Positions 9,601 to 20,466 are shown, numbered from the stretch's first letter. The stretch: DNA of 64,000 bases from Myxococcota bacterium (GCA_965247115.1 CBDFGR010000003.1:2272001-2336000); one strand, 5' to 3'. The notes: generated from the letters alone by a model not told the origin. Translations and numbers: made by a program.

Positions 9601-9670
9601 GCGGCGAGGTCCTTTGCATGTGCACAACAATGCACTCAAGGGAGTGCAACTTCGCGCCGAAACGGCTGCC

Positions 9671-10597
9671 ATGCGGATGGATCGGGCCCCGCTTGCGAGC
9701 GCGTCGCGAACCTCTCCGGGGGCGTGCCTGGATTTCGCCGAGCTCGAGAATTTCCTCGATTTGGAGTTCGACGGCAGGCCCGGCATCGCGCGGGAATTTC
9801 CGTTGCTCGTTGGTGAGCGCAATCCCGGGCGCAGCCTGGTGTTGAGGGAGCGAGCTGCGATCGTCTCGCACGCGGCATGGCGGCCGCTCCAGATTCACGC
9901 AGGCGCGCGACGCATCTCTGCCGCCGGCATCGGTCTGGTCACCACCGCTGCCGGCTGGCGCGGCCGCGGGCCGGCAGCGCAGGTGGTTGCCGCCTGTGTC
10001 GAGGCGGCCGCGGGCGAGGGAGCAGAGCTCGCATTGCTGTTCGGGACACCGAGCCCCCTCTACGAGAGGGCCGGTTTCGTGCTCGCCGGCCGCGAACGCG
10101 TACTGCGTGTCGAGCCTGGCACAGACGCGAAGGAGCCGGGTATCCGCTGCGGCGGCCCCCAGGACGCAGCGCGGCTGCTGCCGCTGCTCGAAGGACACGC
10201 GCTGCGGGTCTCGCGCGGCGTTGAGGAATTCCGGATCCAGCTCGGCATTGCGAATACCGAGCTGTACGTGCTCGAGCAGCACGAGCGCCTGGCTGCCTAC
10301 TGTGTGGTGGGGAAGGGTCGGGATCTCGGCGGAGTGATCCACGAGTGGGCCGGCTCGACACAAGCGTTGGAGTCGCTGATCCGCGGCGTGGCCTCACAGC
10401 GTGGCGGGCCGCTCTGGGTGATTGGGCCCGAAGCGCTGGCCCCACCGCTCGAGGCTCCGGGCGGGCTCGGTGCTCTCGCCATGTTCCGGATTCTTTGCCC
10501 CGGGTCCTTTGGCTCGGCGGATCCGGTGGAGCTGTTCGGAAACGCGGAGACCCCAGCGCGGCTACCACTCTATGTTTGGGGGCTGGATTCGATCTGA
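9671..10597 (+). CDS. GNAT-family acetyltransferase (Eis-like)
   Basis: [18 protein letters not shown] and LYERAGF acetyl-CoA motifs. Confidence 0.75.
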   Translation: MRMDRAPLASASRTSPGACLDFAELENFLDLEFDGRPGIAREFPLLVGERNPGRSLVLRERAAIVSHAAWRPLQIHAGARRISAAGIGLVTTAAGWRGRGPAAQVVAACVEAAAGEGAELALLFGTPSPLYERAGFVLAGRERVLRVEPGTDAKEPGIRCGGPQDAARLLPLLEGHALRVSRGVEEFRIQLGIANTELYVLEQHERLAAYCVVGKGRDLGGVIHEWAGSTQALESLIRGVASQRGGPLWVIGPEALAPPLEAPGGLGALAMFRILCPGSFGSADPVELFGNAETPARLPLYVWGLDSI

Positions 10598-10643
10598 CGC
10601 GGGCTGCGGGCGCAGCCCGGCAACCCTGCTAGGATCGGCCATC

Positions 10644-11777
10644 ATGAGCCCGGTGGCTGCTCCCCGGAATCCCACGCGCTCTGTGCGCGCCGGCAACGTC
10701 CAGATCGGTGGGGGGTCGCCCATCTCGGTACAGAGCATGTGCGCCACGCGCACCCGCGACGTCGACGCCACGGTGAGTCAGGCCGAAGCGCTGCGAGCTG
10801 CAGGGGCGGACCTGGTCCGCGTCGCGGTGGACAGCAAGCGTGATGCCCTTGCGCTCGCAGCGATCCGCGCGGGCACGGACGTCGTCCTGGTCGTCGACCT
10901 GCAGGAGCACTATCGGCTCGCGGAGAGTGTCGCCCCGCACGTGGATAAGCTCCGGTACAACCCCGGTCATCTGCACCACCACGAGCGCCAGCGGAGCATC
11001 CGCGACAAGGTCGCCTGGTTAGCCGAGACGGCGGGGGCTCACGACTGCGCGCTCCGGGTCGGCGTGAACTGTGGCTCTGTCGCTCCCGAGTACGACGAGA
11101 AGTTTCCCGGCAACTCGATCGGGGCGATGGTTGCGTGCGCGCTCGACCACTGTGCACTGCTGGACGATCTGGGCTTCACGAACTATGTCGTCTCGCTGAA
11201 GGACTCCGATCCGCACAGTGTCGTAGACGCGAACCTGCGCTTCGCCGAGCAGCGACCCGACGTGCCGCTACATCTGGGCGTCACCGAGGCTGGCCTGCTC
11301 CCCATGGGAGAGATCAAGACGCGGATCGCGTTCGAGCAGCTGGTGAGCCGCGGCGTCGGTGACACCATCCGTGTCTCGCTGACACTGCCGAACGAGCGCA
11401 AGCACGAGGAGGTCGAGATCGGCTGCGAGATCCTGGCGGACATCGGGGCCGGCCGCTTCCGTTCCGTGCCTCCGCTCGACGGCCTCAACATCATCTCGTG
11501 TCCGTCCTGCTCGCGCGTCGAGAACGAGGCGTTCGTCGAGCTGGCAGAGAGGGTCCGGGAGGTGACGCAGTACGCAGCGAGCCACGACGTGACGATCGCG
11601 GTCATGGGCTGCCGGGTGAACGGTCCGGGCGAGACCGACGACGCCGATCTGGGCCTGTGGTGCGGACCGCGTGCGGTCAACCTCAAGCGAGGGACCGAGA
11701 CGCTCGGTAGCTTCTCCTATGCGGAAGTCCTGGACCGGCTCCGCGAAGAGCTCGATCGGATGATTTCGAGCGCTTGA
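10644..11777 (+). CDS. ispG: (E)-4-hydroxy-3-methylbut-2-enyl-diphosphate synthase
   Basis: [61 protein letters not shown]. Confidence 0.93.
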   Translation: MSPVAAPRNPTRSVRAGNVQIGGGSPISVQSMCATRTRDVDATVSQAEALRAAGADLVRVAVDSKRDALALAAIRAGTDVVLVVDLQEHYRLAESVAPHVDKLRYNPGHLHHHERQRSIRDKVAWLAETAGAHDCALRVGVNCGSVAPEYDEKFPGNSIGAMVACALDHCALLDDLGFTNYVVSLKDSDPHSVVDANLRFAEQRPDVPLHLGVTEAGLLPMGEIKTRIAFEQLVSRGVGDTIRVSLTLPNERKHEEVEIGCEILADIGAGRFRSVPPLDGLNIISCPSCSRVENEAFVELAERVREVTQYAASHDVTIAVMGCRVNGPGETDDADLGLWCGPRAVNLKRGTETLGSFSYAEVLDRLREELDRMISSA

Positions 11778-11787
11778 TGCTCGCCCC

Positions 11788-12735
11788 TCAGCAGAGCTCC
11801 CATGTACCTCCGGCCTCCATGCTTCGGCGGGCGGCGTGGAGCCACGCCACGCTCTGTGCGCCATGGTCGACACGGCGCTCCACCGCGCGACAGCTCACGA
11901 GGAAGTCGCGCAGCAGCTCACGATAGGCCTCGGTCTCGGAGTAGAGGCCGTCCGAGAGCGTCTCGTCTCCCTTCTCGGTGCGGAGGATGGTCTGCGCGCG
12001 GCCGATCTCGAGCTCGCCGCGAGCGCCGATACAGCGGGCGATCGGTGCGCTGCGCTGCTCGCGCCAGGTCAAGCAGATGCGCGAGACGAGACCCCCCTCG
12101 TGCTCGACCTCGACCACTACCTCGTCGTCCACCCCGCCGCACTGGCTCGGGGAAGCTGCGAGCATGCGGATGCGCAGAGCGGGACCCGCCAGCGTCTCGA
12201 CCACGTCGAGGGCATGAGGTCCTTCCTGCCGCCAGATACCATCGGTTGGTGCGTCGAGGAGGATCGCCCGCTTGTGCGATAGATCGCAGTGGACTGCGCA
12301 AAGCCGTCCGATCCGGTCCCGCTCGATCAGATTGCGCGCCTCGCGCAGCGCGGGAAGCGCGCGAAAGGGAGCGGCCGTGACAGCGACGCGACCGCTGCGC
12401 TCCGCCAGCTCGGCCACGCCGTCCGCCTCGAGCGGGTCTTCGGCGAGCGGAGGCTCCACGAGCACATCGACACCTGCGCGTAACAGCGCAGAGGCATGCC
12501 CGGCGTGATCCCAGGTGGCCGAGCAGATCACGGCGAGGTGCGGGACGCAGCCCCTGCGTAGCAGCTCATCGACCGAGGTGTAGACGCGAGGTGCGCCGGG
12601 CAGCGCGCTCGACTCCCCCGCTCCGACCACGGCCTGGAGCTGCAGCTCCGGGAACTCCGGGAGCAGCTCGCGGTAGGTCCGAGTCTCGTCCAAGCCACCC
12701 ACCAGGACGACGCGTTTGTAGGTCAGTGCAGACAT
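11788..12735 (-). CDS. Gfo/Idh/MocA-family oxidoreductase-like protein
   Basis: VDVLVEPPLA (EKP variant), GPHALDV. The longer track ORF extends antisense across the next gene. Confidence 0.7.
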   Translation of the reverse strand: MSALTYKRVVLVGGLDETRTYRELLPEFPELQLQAVVGAGESSALPGAPRVYTSVDELLRRGCVPHLAVICSATWDHAGHASALLRAGVDVLVEPPLAEDPLEADGVAELAERSGRVAVTAAPFRALPALREARNLIERDRIGRLCAVHCDLSHKRAILLDAPTDGIWRQEGPHALDVVETLAGPALRIRMLAASPSQCGGVDDEVVVEVEHEGGLVSRICLTWREQRSAPIARCIGARGELEIGRAQTILRTEKGDETLSDGLYSETEAYRELLRDFLVSCRAVERRVDHGAQSVAWLHAARRSMEAGGTWELC

Positions 12736-12900
12736 TTGACGACTCCTGCGCGTCCGGCATCGCAAGCTCGGTGCCAGCTCGGGGCGAGCCCGCTGCGCCG
12801 CTCGTCCGTTGCGAGAGAAGTCGTACTCCCAAAAGCGCACCAGAGCTCCGCTCCGGGTAGAGCTGCTAGACTGACCCCACCCACAAGCAAAGAGGCACCC

Positions 12901-13809
12901 ATGGCATCCCCCGAACTTCCCGCACTTGCCCTTGCTGCCGTCCCGGGTCGGCGCGCAGCAACGTTGGAGCTGGCAAAAGAGATCGAGAACCGCGGCTTCG
13001 CCGGTATCTACTGCGCGAGCTTCGGCGATGCTGTCGGCCTGTGCGAGGCGCTCGCTTTTGCCACCGAGCGCGTTCCCTTCGGGACCGCCATTGCCAACAT
13101 CTACATGCGGCACGTCTCGGATTACGCGCTCACGGCCTCGTTCATCCACGAGATCTCGGGGGGACGCTTTCGCTTCGGAATCGGCGTGAGTCACGGACCT
13201 GCGCACGAGCGCGCCGGGATCAAGGCCGGCAAGCCCCTCGGCGACACCCGAGAGTTTGTGGAGCAGCTGCGAGGCACGCCGCGAGTCGGAGAGCTTCCGC
13301 CAATCGTACTGGCTGGCCTGCGAAAGAAGATGGTGGCGTTGTCCGGAGAGATCGCGGAGGGTGTCGTCTTCGCGAACGCCGCCCGCTCGCACATGGCGGA
13401 GTCTCTCTCCGCGCTGCCCGACGAGCAGCGCACCCCTGACTTCTACGTCGGCGACATGATCCCGACGTGCATCTCCGATGACGAGGACGCAGCGGCCGCG
13501 ATCAACCGGCGCACGCTCACCGGCTACGTGATGCTCCCGAACTACCGGAACTACTGGAAGGAAGCCGGCTATGTCGAGGAGATGGAGGCCATCGAGAAGG
13601 CGCAGCAAGCGGGTGAACACGACCGGATTCCCAGCCTGATGACGGACCAGTGGCTCGAGGACACGACGCTCTTCGGCTCCGCGAGTAAGGTTAAAGAAGG
13701 TCTCGAGGCCTGGTACGCGGCGGGTGTCAGCACACCGATCCTCGTGCCCTCTTCGGCCAGCGGCGGGCAAATGAAGGCCTTCGAAGAGTTCTTCGAGGCC
13801 TTCTCCTGA
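12901..13809 (+). CDS. LLM-class (luciferase-like) flavin/F420-dependent oxidoreductase
   Basis: FGTAIANIY, SGGRFRFGIGVSH, PPIVLAGL...SGEIAEG. Confidence 0.85.
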   Translation: MASPELPALALAAVPGRRAATLELAKEIENRGFAGIYCASFGDAVGLCEALAFATERVPFGTAIANIYMRHVSDYALTASFIHEISGGRFRFGIGVSHGPAHERAGIKAGKPLGDTREFVEQLRGTPRVGELPPIVLAGLRKKMVALSGEIAEGVVFANAARSHMAESLSALPDEQRTPDFYVGDMIPTCISDDEDAAAAINRRTLTGYVMLPNYRNYWKEAGYVEEMEAIEKAQQAGEHDRIPSLMTDQWLEDTTLFGSASKVKEGLEAWYAAGVSTPILVPSSASGGQMKAFEEFFEAFS

Positions 13810-13813
13810 GCGA

Positions 13814-14083
13814 GTGCGGCGCGTGAGCGTTCTCGATGAGATCGTCACCGCCGCGGACAGCGGTCAGCCGATCCGCGTCCACACCAGGGACGGCGAAGTC
13901 CTCGTTGCACGCGTGCTGCAGTTCGACAAACACGAGCTCCGCTACCTGGTCCTGACCTCCTCGCGTCCCGAACGCTACGGCATCTGCGACTCCACCGGCT
14001 TCACCCTCCCCATGAACGAGCTCCAGAAAGTCGTCCTCCTCAAACCCCCACCCCCCCGCGGCCCGGCTCCCACAAAGTTATGA
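13814..14083 (+). CDS. Small hypothetical protein
   Basis: 89 aa, directly follows the LLM gene, beta-rich pattern. Confidence 0.6.
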   Translation: MRRVSVLDEIVTAADSGQPIRVHTRDGEVLVARVLQFDKHELRYLVLTSSRPERYGICDSTGFTLPMNELQKVVLLKPPPPRGPAPTKL

Positions 14084-14127
14084 TTAAGGACCGTCCCCAA
14101 GTTATCCCTACGGGGCTTGGCATCCAT

Positions 14128-14220
14128 GCAAGCGCCGCGGAACGCGGCGCGCGCAGCGAAGGGCGAAGCCCTGAGCGAAGGTGGGTGGCCAGCGGCCGCC
14201 CGCGGGCCGGGTCCCACAAG
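14128..14220 (-). repeat. Family-A repeat, copy 3
   Basis: GCAAGCGCCGCGGAACGCGGCGCGCGCAGCGAAGGGCGAAGCCCTGAGC...GGGTCCCACAAG between convergent genes. Confidence 0.9.
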
Positions 14221-14224
14221 GGAG

Positions 14225-15682
14225 TCACCGCACGTTGGCTAGGGCGTCGATGATCAGCTGTTGGGAGTCGCAGTCTGGGTAGTAGGGCTGGGTCTCGGCG
14301 ATGCCGATCGAGACGTGGCACGGCGGCGTCTCGAGGGTGGTGGCACCGAGCATGTTGCGGACGCGTCCAGCGAGGGTCTTCAGATCCTCACCCTCACAGC
14401 TCGGCAGCAGGACGGCGATCTGCGTGGCGCCGAGGCGGGCGAACGGATCGCTCGAGCGGAGCATCCCGGCGATGACACCCGCTGTGCGGCGAAGGGTCTC
14501 ATCGAGCGGATCCGTCGACTCCAGAGCGTCGTCACCCGGATCGCACTGCACGATCAGCAGGCCGAGCGGGATCTTGCGCTGCTTGGAACGCTCGTAGAAG
14601 GCATCGAGCAGGTGCTCGAACGACGCACGGTTCATCAGGTCGGTGGCCTCATCGCGCACCAGCGACTGCTCGAGGGCCTCGAGCACGTCTTCGAAGCCGC
14701 TGCGCCCGCTACCGATCTTGCCGGCCAGCGCCCGGACCGTGCGGTCCTGCCCCAGGGTCAGGTCCACGAGAGCCGTGTTCGCCTCGCTCAGCAGATCCTG
14801 GTAGCTGGGCTGCTCCCCGACTGCGATGTCGAGCGAGGCGGCGATGCTCCGTAGCTCGTTCGGCAGCTCCTCGAGGATCGTGTCCGCGACGGCGCGCGGG
14901 ATCTCGATGGTGTCCACCAGCTGCTGGCTCAGGGAGGCCGTCTGGTTCACGTAGGCGCCGATGGTGAGCGCGCGCGCACAGAGCCAGGCGCAGTGGAGAA
15001 TGCGCTGCCGGTCGATGAGTTCCGGATCCCCATCCGTGAGGGGCTCGTGGTGTTGAGCAATGAGCCCGCAGTAGCGCTGCGGGAAGGACCAGTGCTGAAG
15101 CAGAAGGGCGCCGATCCGCGGATGGTCGCTGTCAAAGGCGCTGCGCTCGGCTTCGAGCAGGTCCAGCTCCCCGCGGTAGAAGCGCTTGACGAGCTCGCCG
15201 TACTCGGGAAGCGCGGAGTAGAGCAGGAGCGCGCCGCAGTCGCAGAGCAGCCCGATCAGAAACGCCTCCTCGCAGTCCCAGCCGCCCACCTCCAGGGCGA
15301 GCCTGCGCGCGGCGAGCGAGGTCATGAGGGACGTCTGCCAGAGCTGCTCGATCTCGCGGTCGCCATCGGGAACCCGCAGGCTGGAGACGAACGAGAAGGA
15401 CAGGGCGATGCTGCAGACGCTGTTCGTCCCCAGGTACAGGACGGCCTCGCGCACGGAGGTGACCTCGCGCGACATGGCATACATGGAGGAGTTGATCACG
15501 CGGACGATCTTGGCGGAGAGCGCTGGATCGACCGCGATGACCTCGGCCAGCTCTTCGAGTCCGGCCCCCTCGTCGTCGATGAGCTCGAGGAGCCGCTGGG
15601 CAATCGCTGGGACCGTAGGCAGTGAGGCGGACTCGATCAGATTCCGCTCGAACTCGTTCACCAGAACCTCACACTTCCCCAA
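14225..15682 (-). CDS. HDOD domain plus degenerate GGDEF domain protein
   Basis: LPTVP...DPALSAKIVRVINS (HDOD); GGDEF site reads ARLGATQI. Confidence 0.85.
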   Translation of the reverse strand: MGKCEVLVNEFERNLIESASLPTVPAIAQRLLELIDDEGAGLEELAEVIAVDPALSAKIVRVINSSMYAMSREVTSVREAVLYLGTNSVCSIALSFSFVSSLRVPDGDREIEQLWQTSLMTSLAARRLALEVGGWDCEEAFLIGLLCDCGALLLYSALPEYGELVKRFYRGELDLLEAERSAFDSDHPRIGALLLQHWSFPQRYCGLIAQHHEPLTDGDPELIDRQRILHCAWLCARALTIGAYVNQTASLSQQLVDTIEIPRAVADTILEELPNELRSIAASLDIAVGEQPSYQDLLSEANTALVDLTLGQDRTVRALAGKIGSGRSGFEDVLEALEQSLVRDEATDLMNRASFEHLLDAFYERSKQRKIPLGLLIVQCDPGDDALESTDPLDETLRRTAGVIAGMLRSSDPFARLGATQIAVLLPSCEGEDLKTLAGRVRNMLGATTLETPPCHVSIGIAETQPYYPDCDSQQLIIDALANVR

Positions 15683-15687
15683 GGGAC

Positions 15688-15715
15688 GAATCGGTCACTC
15701 TGTGCAGGAAATTGA
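15688..15715 (-). promoter_or_regulatory. Sigma28-like promoter of the HDOD-GGDEF gene
   Basis: TCAA-N16-ACCGATTC. Confidence 0.55.
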
Positions 15716-15845
15716 GCAGCCTGTCCGTCGGTAAATCGGCCCGGAACCCGTGACCTCTGCCCGGGTCTTGCCGAGCGTTCGCGCGCGGGGATAATGAGTG
15801 CGCCCTCGTGCCAGAGCGCGCCGAACCCTCAGGTGGAGAGCGCAG

Positions 15846-17822
15846 GTGGTTGCCCTTTCTCCCCAGACAGTCGAGCTAGTCGCGAAGACGATCCGAGTCC
15901 TCACCGTAGATGCCGTGGCTCGCGCGGGGATCGGGCACGTCGGTCTCCCGCTGGGCTGTGCCGAGCTCGGCACCGTGCTCTTCGGAGAGTTTCTGCGGCA
16001 CGATCCGGCTGCGCCGCGCTGGCCCGACCGCGACCGCTTCGTCCTCTCGGCCGGACACGGCTCCATGCTCCTGTACTCGTTGCTCCACCTGTCCGGGTAC
16101 GAGCTCCCGATGAACGAGATCCAGCAGTTTCGACAGCTCCACTCAAAGACCCCCGGACATCCGGAGTTCGGAGACACTCCTGGAGTCGAGGTCACGACCG
16201 GCCCGCTCGGCCAGGGCTTCGGCAACGCCGTGGGTATGGCCCTGGCGGAGCGCATCCTGGCCGCGCGTTTCGGCTCCGATCTCGTGAACCATCGCATCTG
16301 GGTGCTGGCCAGCGATGGAGACATGATGGAGGGGGTGGCCTCCGAGGCGGCCTCGCTGGCCGGGCACCTTGGGTTGGGTCGGCTGATCGTGCTCTACGAT
16401 GACAACCGGATCACCATCGATGGACCCAGCAGCATCGCCTTCACGGAGGACGTCCCCCGACGCTTCGGGACCTATGGCTGGGAGGTGCAGAGGATCGACG
16501 GGCACGATCCCGTTGCCATCCGCTCGGCCCTGGCGGCGGCTCGGGCGAGCGACGACCGCCCTCAGCTGATCGTCTGCCGCACGCACATCGGGTTCGGCTC
16601 TCCGCTCGTGGATACGGCTCCCGCTCACGGAGGGATCAGTCAGGAGAACGCGGACCAGACGCGCCAGAACCTGGGTTGGGAGCTCGAGCCCTTCCAGGTG
16701 CCGGAGGAGGCCCGCGAGGCGTTTCGCGCCAACGCGGCGCGCGGGGCCGAGCAGCGCGGGGAGTGGGAGCAAGACAAGGCGAAGCTGCTCTCGAGCTCGG
16801 GCCAGGCCCGGCTCTGGAGCGCGATGCTGGAGCGCTCGCTCCCGGAAAACCTGGGCGCGCTCTTACCGGACTTCTCCGGCGCTGACCCCATGGCCACGCG
16901 CCAGGCCTCCGGGGGCGTGCTCAACGCGGTGGCCTCCGAGGTGCCCGGCCTGGTCGGCGGCTCTGCGGATCTGGCGGGCTCGAATTCCGTGGCGCTCAAG
17001 GGTGAGGCATCGATCGAACGGGGCAAGTTCGAGGGCCGCATCGTGCACTTCGGAGTGCGCGAGCACGGCATGGCGGCCGTGGCGAACGGGCTCGCCCTCC
17101 ACGGAGGGATCCGACCCTTTGTCGGCACCTTCCTGGTATTCAGCGACTACATGCGCCCGGCCATCCGGCTGGCAGCCATCATGGGCCAGCCCGTGACCTA
17201 CGTTTTCACGCACGACTCGATCTTCGTGGGAGAGGACGGCCCCACCCATCAACCTGTCGAGCAGCTCGCTGGTCTGCGCAGCGTTCCCAACCTGCCGGTC
17301 TGGCGCCCGGGCGATGCGCGCGAAACCGTGGCGGCCTGGACCGAAGCGCTCGAACGGGAGGACGGTCCCCTGGCCCTGATCCTGACCCGCCAGTCCGTTC
17401 CCGTACTCGAGGGCGAGAACATCGAGGCGAAGGCCCGACGCGGAGCCTACGTGCTCCACGGGGAAACGACCGAGCCCGAGCTGGTGCTCGTAGGCACCGG
17501 GTCGGAGATCCACATCGCCCTGGAAGCCGCCCTCTCCCTGGAGCAGAACGGCCACCGCGTCCGCGTCGTCTCCCTCCCCTGCCTGGAAAAGTTCCTCGCC
17601 CAGCCAGAGGACTACCGGAAGAGCGTCCTGCCCGACTCCCCCCCACGTCTCATCGTCGAAGCGGGCACCGAGCTAGGCCTCTCCCAGCTCCTCCGCCCCG
17701 GCGACCACTTCCACGGCATGACCACCTTCGGCGCCTCCGCCCCCTACAAAGACCTAGCCACCGAATTCGGCTTCACCGCCACAAACCTCCTCACCCTCGC
17801 CCACAACCTCCTAACCCCCTAA
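15846..17822 (+). CDS. tkt: Transketolase
   Basis: [54 protein letters not shown]. Confidence 0.96.
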   Translation: MVALSPQTVELVAKTIRVLTVDAVARAGIGHVGLPLGCAELGTVLFGEFLRHDPAAPRWPDRDRFVLSAGHGSMLLYSLLHLSGYELPMNEIQQFRQLHSKTPGHPEFGDTPGVEVTTGPLGQGFGNAVGMALAERILAARFGSDLVNHRIWVLASDGDMMEGVASEAASLAGHLGLGRLIVLYDDNRITIDGPSSIAFTEDVPRRFGTYGWEVQRIDGHDPVAIRSALAAARASDDRPQLIVCRTHIGFGSPLVDTAPAHGGISQENADQTRQNLGWELEPFQVPEEAREAFRANAARGAEQRGEWEQDKAKLLSSSGQARLWSAMLERSLPENLGALLPDFSGADPMATRQASGGVLNAVASEVPGLVGGSADLAGSNSVALKGEASIERGKFEGRIVHFGVREHGMAAVANGLALHGGIRPFVGTFLVFSDYMRPAIRLAAIMGQPVTYVFTHDSIFVGEDGPTHQPVEQLAGLRSVPNLPVWRPGDARETVAAWTEALEREDGPLALILTRQSVPVLEGENIEAKARRGAYVLHGETTEPELVLVGTGSEIHIALEAALSLEQNGHRVRVVSLPCLEKFLAQPEDYRKSVLPDSPPRLIVEAGTELGLSQLLRPGDHFHGMTTFGASAPYKDLATEFGFTATNLLTLAHNLLTP

Positions 17823-17895
17823 CCCACAAACCAACACCGCATGAGCTCTGCCCCCTACCTAGGGCCCGGAAGCAGCACCGGTGTTGGAGGCTCAA

Positions 17896-18013
17896 GGAGT
17901 CGGAGGCCGGGAACGTCCCCCGGAGGACTGTGGTAGCGGTCCCCGAAGCGAGCACCCCGCCTGAACACGCAAGGAGCGGAGTCCTCCGGGGGACGTTCCC
18001 GGCCTCCGACTCC
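17896..18013. repeat. Family-B element, copy 1: perfect 34-bp inverted arms around a 50-nt core
   Basis: 17896-17929 is the exact reverse complement of 17980-18013; homologous to 27277-27386. Confidence 0.9.
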
Positions 18014-18101
18014 GCCCTCCGTCGAACCCCAAAAGCTCCACGCGGAACTCGCAGAAAACCGGCAACCCTCTCGACAAACGCGCGAGCCCCCGCGCCTTCC
18101 C

Positions 18102-18344
18102 TCAGCCGCTGCGTTCCAATGAACGAGAATCATCGTAAAGCTTCAACACCTCAACCTGACCTGCCTGCCCAACCCCCAGGCAAAGCTCACACAACGTACA
18201 CTCATCCACGTTTCCATCGACGATCTGCAGCTCGCCTTCCACCTCCCGAAAGATGTCGACCGGGCAGACCTCGACCAGCTTCGCCACCAGCGCTGCGTTC
18301 TGCCGCAGCGCGTCATCCACCCGGACCTCGATGAAGAGCGCCAT
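18102..18344 (-). CDS. Ferredoxin-like protein (single 4Fe-4S site)
   Basis: CPVDIF and CTLCELC cysteine motifs. Confidence 0.75.
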   Translation of the reverse strand: MALFIEVRVDDALRQNAALVAKLVEVCPVDIFREVEGELQIVDGNVDECTLCELCLGVGQAGQVEVLKLYDDSRSLERSG

Positions 18345-18352
18345 CGTGTGCC

Positions 18353-19258
18353 TCAGAATCCCGCCGCCAGCTGCTGCTCGAGCAGGGCGGGCATGTCCTC
18401 GATCTTCTCGGCGACGGCGATGCCGGCCTCGTTCAAGCGCTCGATCTTCTCGCTGGCCGTATCCGCCCGGCCCTCCACGATGGTGCCGGCGTGGCCGAAG
18501 CGCATGCCCGGCATCTCGTCCATGAAGCGGCCGGCCATGAACGCCACGATCGGCAGCCGGGACTCGTTCTCTCTGGCCCAGCGCGCAAGGTCCGCCTCCA
18601 TGCGGCCACCCGGCTCCGAGTAGATCGCGATCGCCTGCGTCTCGGGATCCTCCTCGAAGAGCGGCATGAGCTCGGCGTAGCTCTGGCCGATGATCGCGTC
18701 GCCTCCGATCGAGATCGCGGTCGACTGGCCCAGGCCCGCAGCAGTCAGGGTGTTGCAGATCTCGGTGGTCATGCCGCCTGAGCGGGACATGACCCCGATC
18801 GCTCCCTTCGTGAACGCCTTCCTGGCGTCCTCGGCCCGCCCCCCGAGTCCTCCGACCTTGGCCTCGCCGGGCGAGAGCACGCCGAGGCAGTTCGGGCCGA
18901 TCACGCGTGCACCGCGCTGACCGGCGAGCTCCACGACCTGCGCGACCTCGTAGCGCGGGATGTTCTCGGTCACGATCACGAGCAGGGGAATGCCCGCTTC
19001 GAGCGCTTCGAAGGCGGCGTCGCGCGAGAAGGCGGGAGGCACGGAGATCACCGAGGCATCGACGCGCGTCTTCCTCGTGATCTGCTCGACCGTATCGTAG
19101 ACAGGCACACCGTGGACGTCGCGCCCGGCGCGTCCGGGAGTCACTCCCCCCACGATCTTCGTGCCGTAGTCCAGACCCTCGCGCGTCATCGTCACGGCCT
19201 CGCGGCCGGTGATGCCCTGAATGATGACCGTGGTGTCCCGGGTGATAAGGATCGCCAC
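18353..19258 (-). CDS. ADP-forming acyl-CoA ligase alpha subunit (SucD family)
   Basis: IQGITG, GGVTPG, IGPNCLG, SRSGGM, IGGD and the phospho-His motif FGHAG. Confidence 0.88.
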   Translation of the reverse strand: MAILITRDTTVIIQGITGREAVTMTREGLDYGTKIVGGVTPGRAGRDVHGVPVYDTVEQITRKTRVDASVISVPPAFSRDAAFEALEAGIPLLVIVTENIPRYEVAQVVELAGQRGARVIGPNCLGVLSPGEAKVGGLGGRAEDARKAFTKGAIGVMSRSGGMTTEICNTLTAAGLGQSTAISIGGDAIIGQSYAELMPLFEEDPETQAIAIYSEPGGRMEADLARWARENESRLPIVAFMAGRFMDEMPGMRFGHAGTIVEGRADTASEKIERLNEAGIAVAEKIEDMPALLEQQLAAGF

Positions 19259-19260
19259 GC

Positions 19261-20466
19261 TCAGCCCTTCATCCTGGCCACCGCTCGACCTGCCGCCTCG
19301 TACATCGAGACCGAGCGATCGCAGTACTCGACACCGTACTTCTTCAGGATCTTGAAGCCGTCCCGTTCCCACGAGCCAGGGATGCGAAAGATGGCGATCT
19401 TCTCGGCCGGATCGCCGCCTGCCTCGATCACGCCCTTGATCACGCCTCGCGCCACCATGTCGACACGCGTGTTCGAGACGACGTTCATCATGACCGCGAC
19501 CTTCTCCACGCCGGGCTTGGACAGGATGAGCTTGGTCAGGTTACACACTTTGCTGACACTGGGATTGCCGCCGATCTCGCAGTAGTTGGCCGGGTCGCCG
19601 CCATGCTTCTTGACCGCGTCAAAGAGTGTGAGCGAGCCGCCGCCCGCCCCGATGATGAGTCCCAGCGTGCCGTCGAACTCGGTGACGTTTCCTGCGATGC
19701 CGCGATGATCGACGGCGTTGATCTCGGCGCCCGCAAGCTCGAAGGGTGTGGGAGGTCGCGCCTGCCGTGTCTCGTCGTCGCCCACCCCGAGCTCCGTCAG
19801 GATCTCGCGCTGCTGACTGCGCGCCTCCGCTTCCATGTCAACGTGCGCGTCCAGCGCGACGAACGAGCCATCCTCGAGCTTTGCCAGCGGATTGATCTCT
19901 GCGAGTGTGAGTCCATACGTGACGAACACTCTCGCCAGGCTCGCGACGACGCGCGTCAACCGGACGAGGTCAGGGCCCGAGATGCCCAGATCGGACACGA
20001 GCTCCTTTGCCATGTAGTCCGAGACCGGGCGCAGCGATGAGCAGTGACGCCGCGCGATGTGCTCTGGGTGCTGCTCTGCCACCTCCTCGATGTCGATGCC
20101 GCCCATGTCGGAGAGGATCATGACGGGCCGCTTTGCGATGCCGTCCCATGTGACCGCGACGTAGTACTCCTCTGCAATCGCATGCCGGCCCTCGACCAGA
20201 ACGCCTCGAGGACGATGACCCGCGATCTCGAGCTCGAGGATCGCGCTTGCCGCGGTCTCGGCCTCGTCGGGGGTGTCCGCGAACAGTACCCCGCCAGCCT
20301 TCATGCGTCCACCCGTGAGCACGAGCGACTTCAAGACGCTGGGGCCACCGATCTCCGCCGCGATGGCGCGCGCCTCAGCGCTGCTCTTCGCCACCCGCGA
20401 CCCCGCGGGGAGCGGGATCCCGTGCTTACCGAAGAGGACCTTTGATTCGTGCTCGTAGAGGCGCAT
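19261..20466 (-). CDS. ADP-forming acyl-CoA ligase beta subunit (SucC family, atypical)
   Basis: MRLYEHESK, GGRMKAGGV, AEINPL; C-terminal GAGGG and ANYCEIGGNP. Confidence 0.88.
   Translation of the reverse strand: MRLYEHESKVLFGKHGIPLPAGSRVAKSSAEARAIAAEIGGPSVLKSLVLTGGRMKAGGVLFADTPDEAETAASAILELEIAGHRPRGVLVEGRHAIAEEYYVAVTWDGIAKRPVMILSDMGGIDIEEVAEQHPEHIARRHCSSLRPVSDYMAKELVSDLGISGPDLVRLTRVVASLARVFVTYGLTLAEINPLAKLEDGSFVALDAHVDMEAEARSQQREILTELGVGDDETRQARPPTPFELAGAEINAVDHRGIAGNVTEFDGTLGLIIGAGGGSLTLFDAVKKHGGDPANYCEIGGNPSVSKVCNLTKLILSKPGVEKVAVMMNVVSNTRVDMVARGVIKGVIEAGGDPAEKIAIFRIPGSWERDGFKILKKYGVEYCDRSVSMYEAAGRAVARMKG

Noticed and set aside
9631..9660. CIRCE element or sigma54 site upstream of fliC
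   Set aside because: The GCACTC/GAGTGC spacer is 4 nt rather than 9, and the GG-GC spacing is 9 rather than 10. No CIRCE was seen at groESL either.
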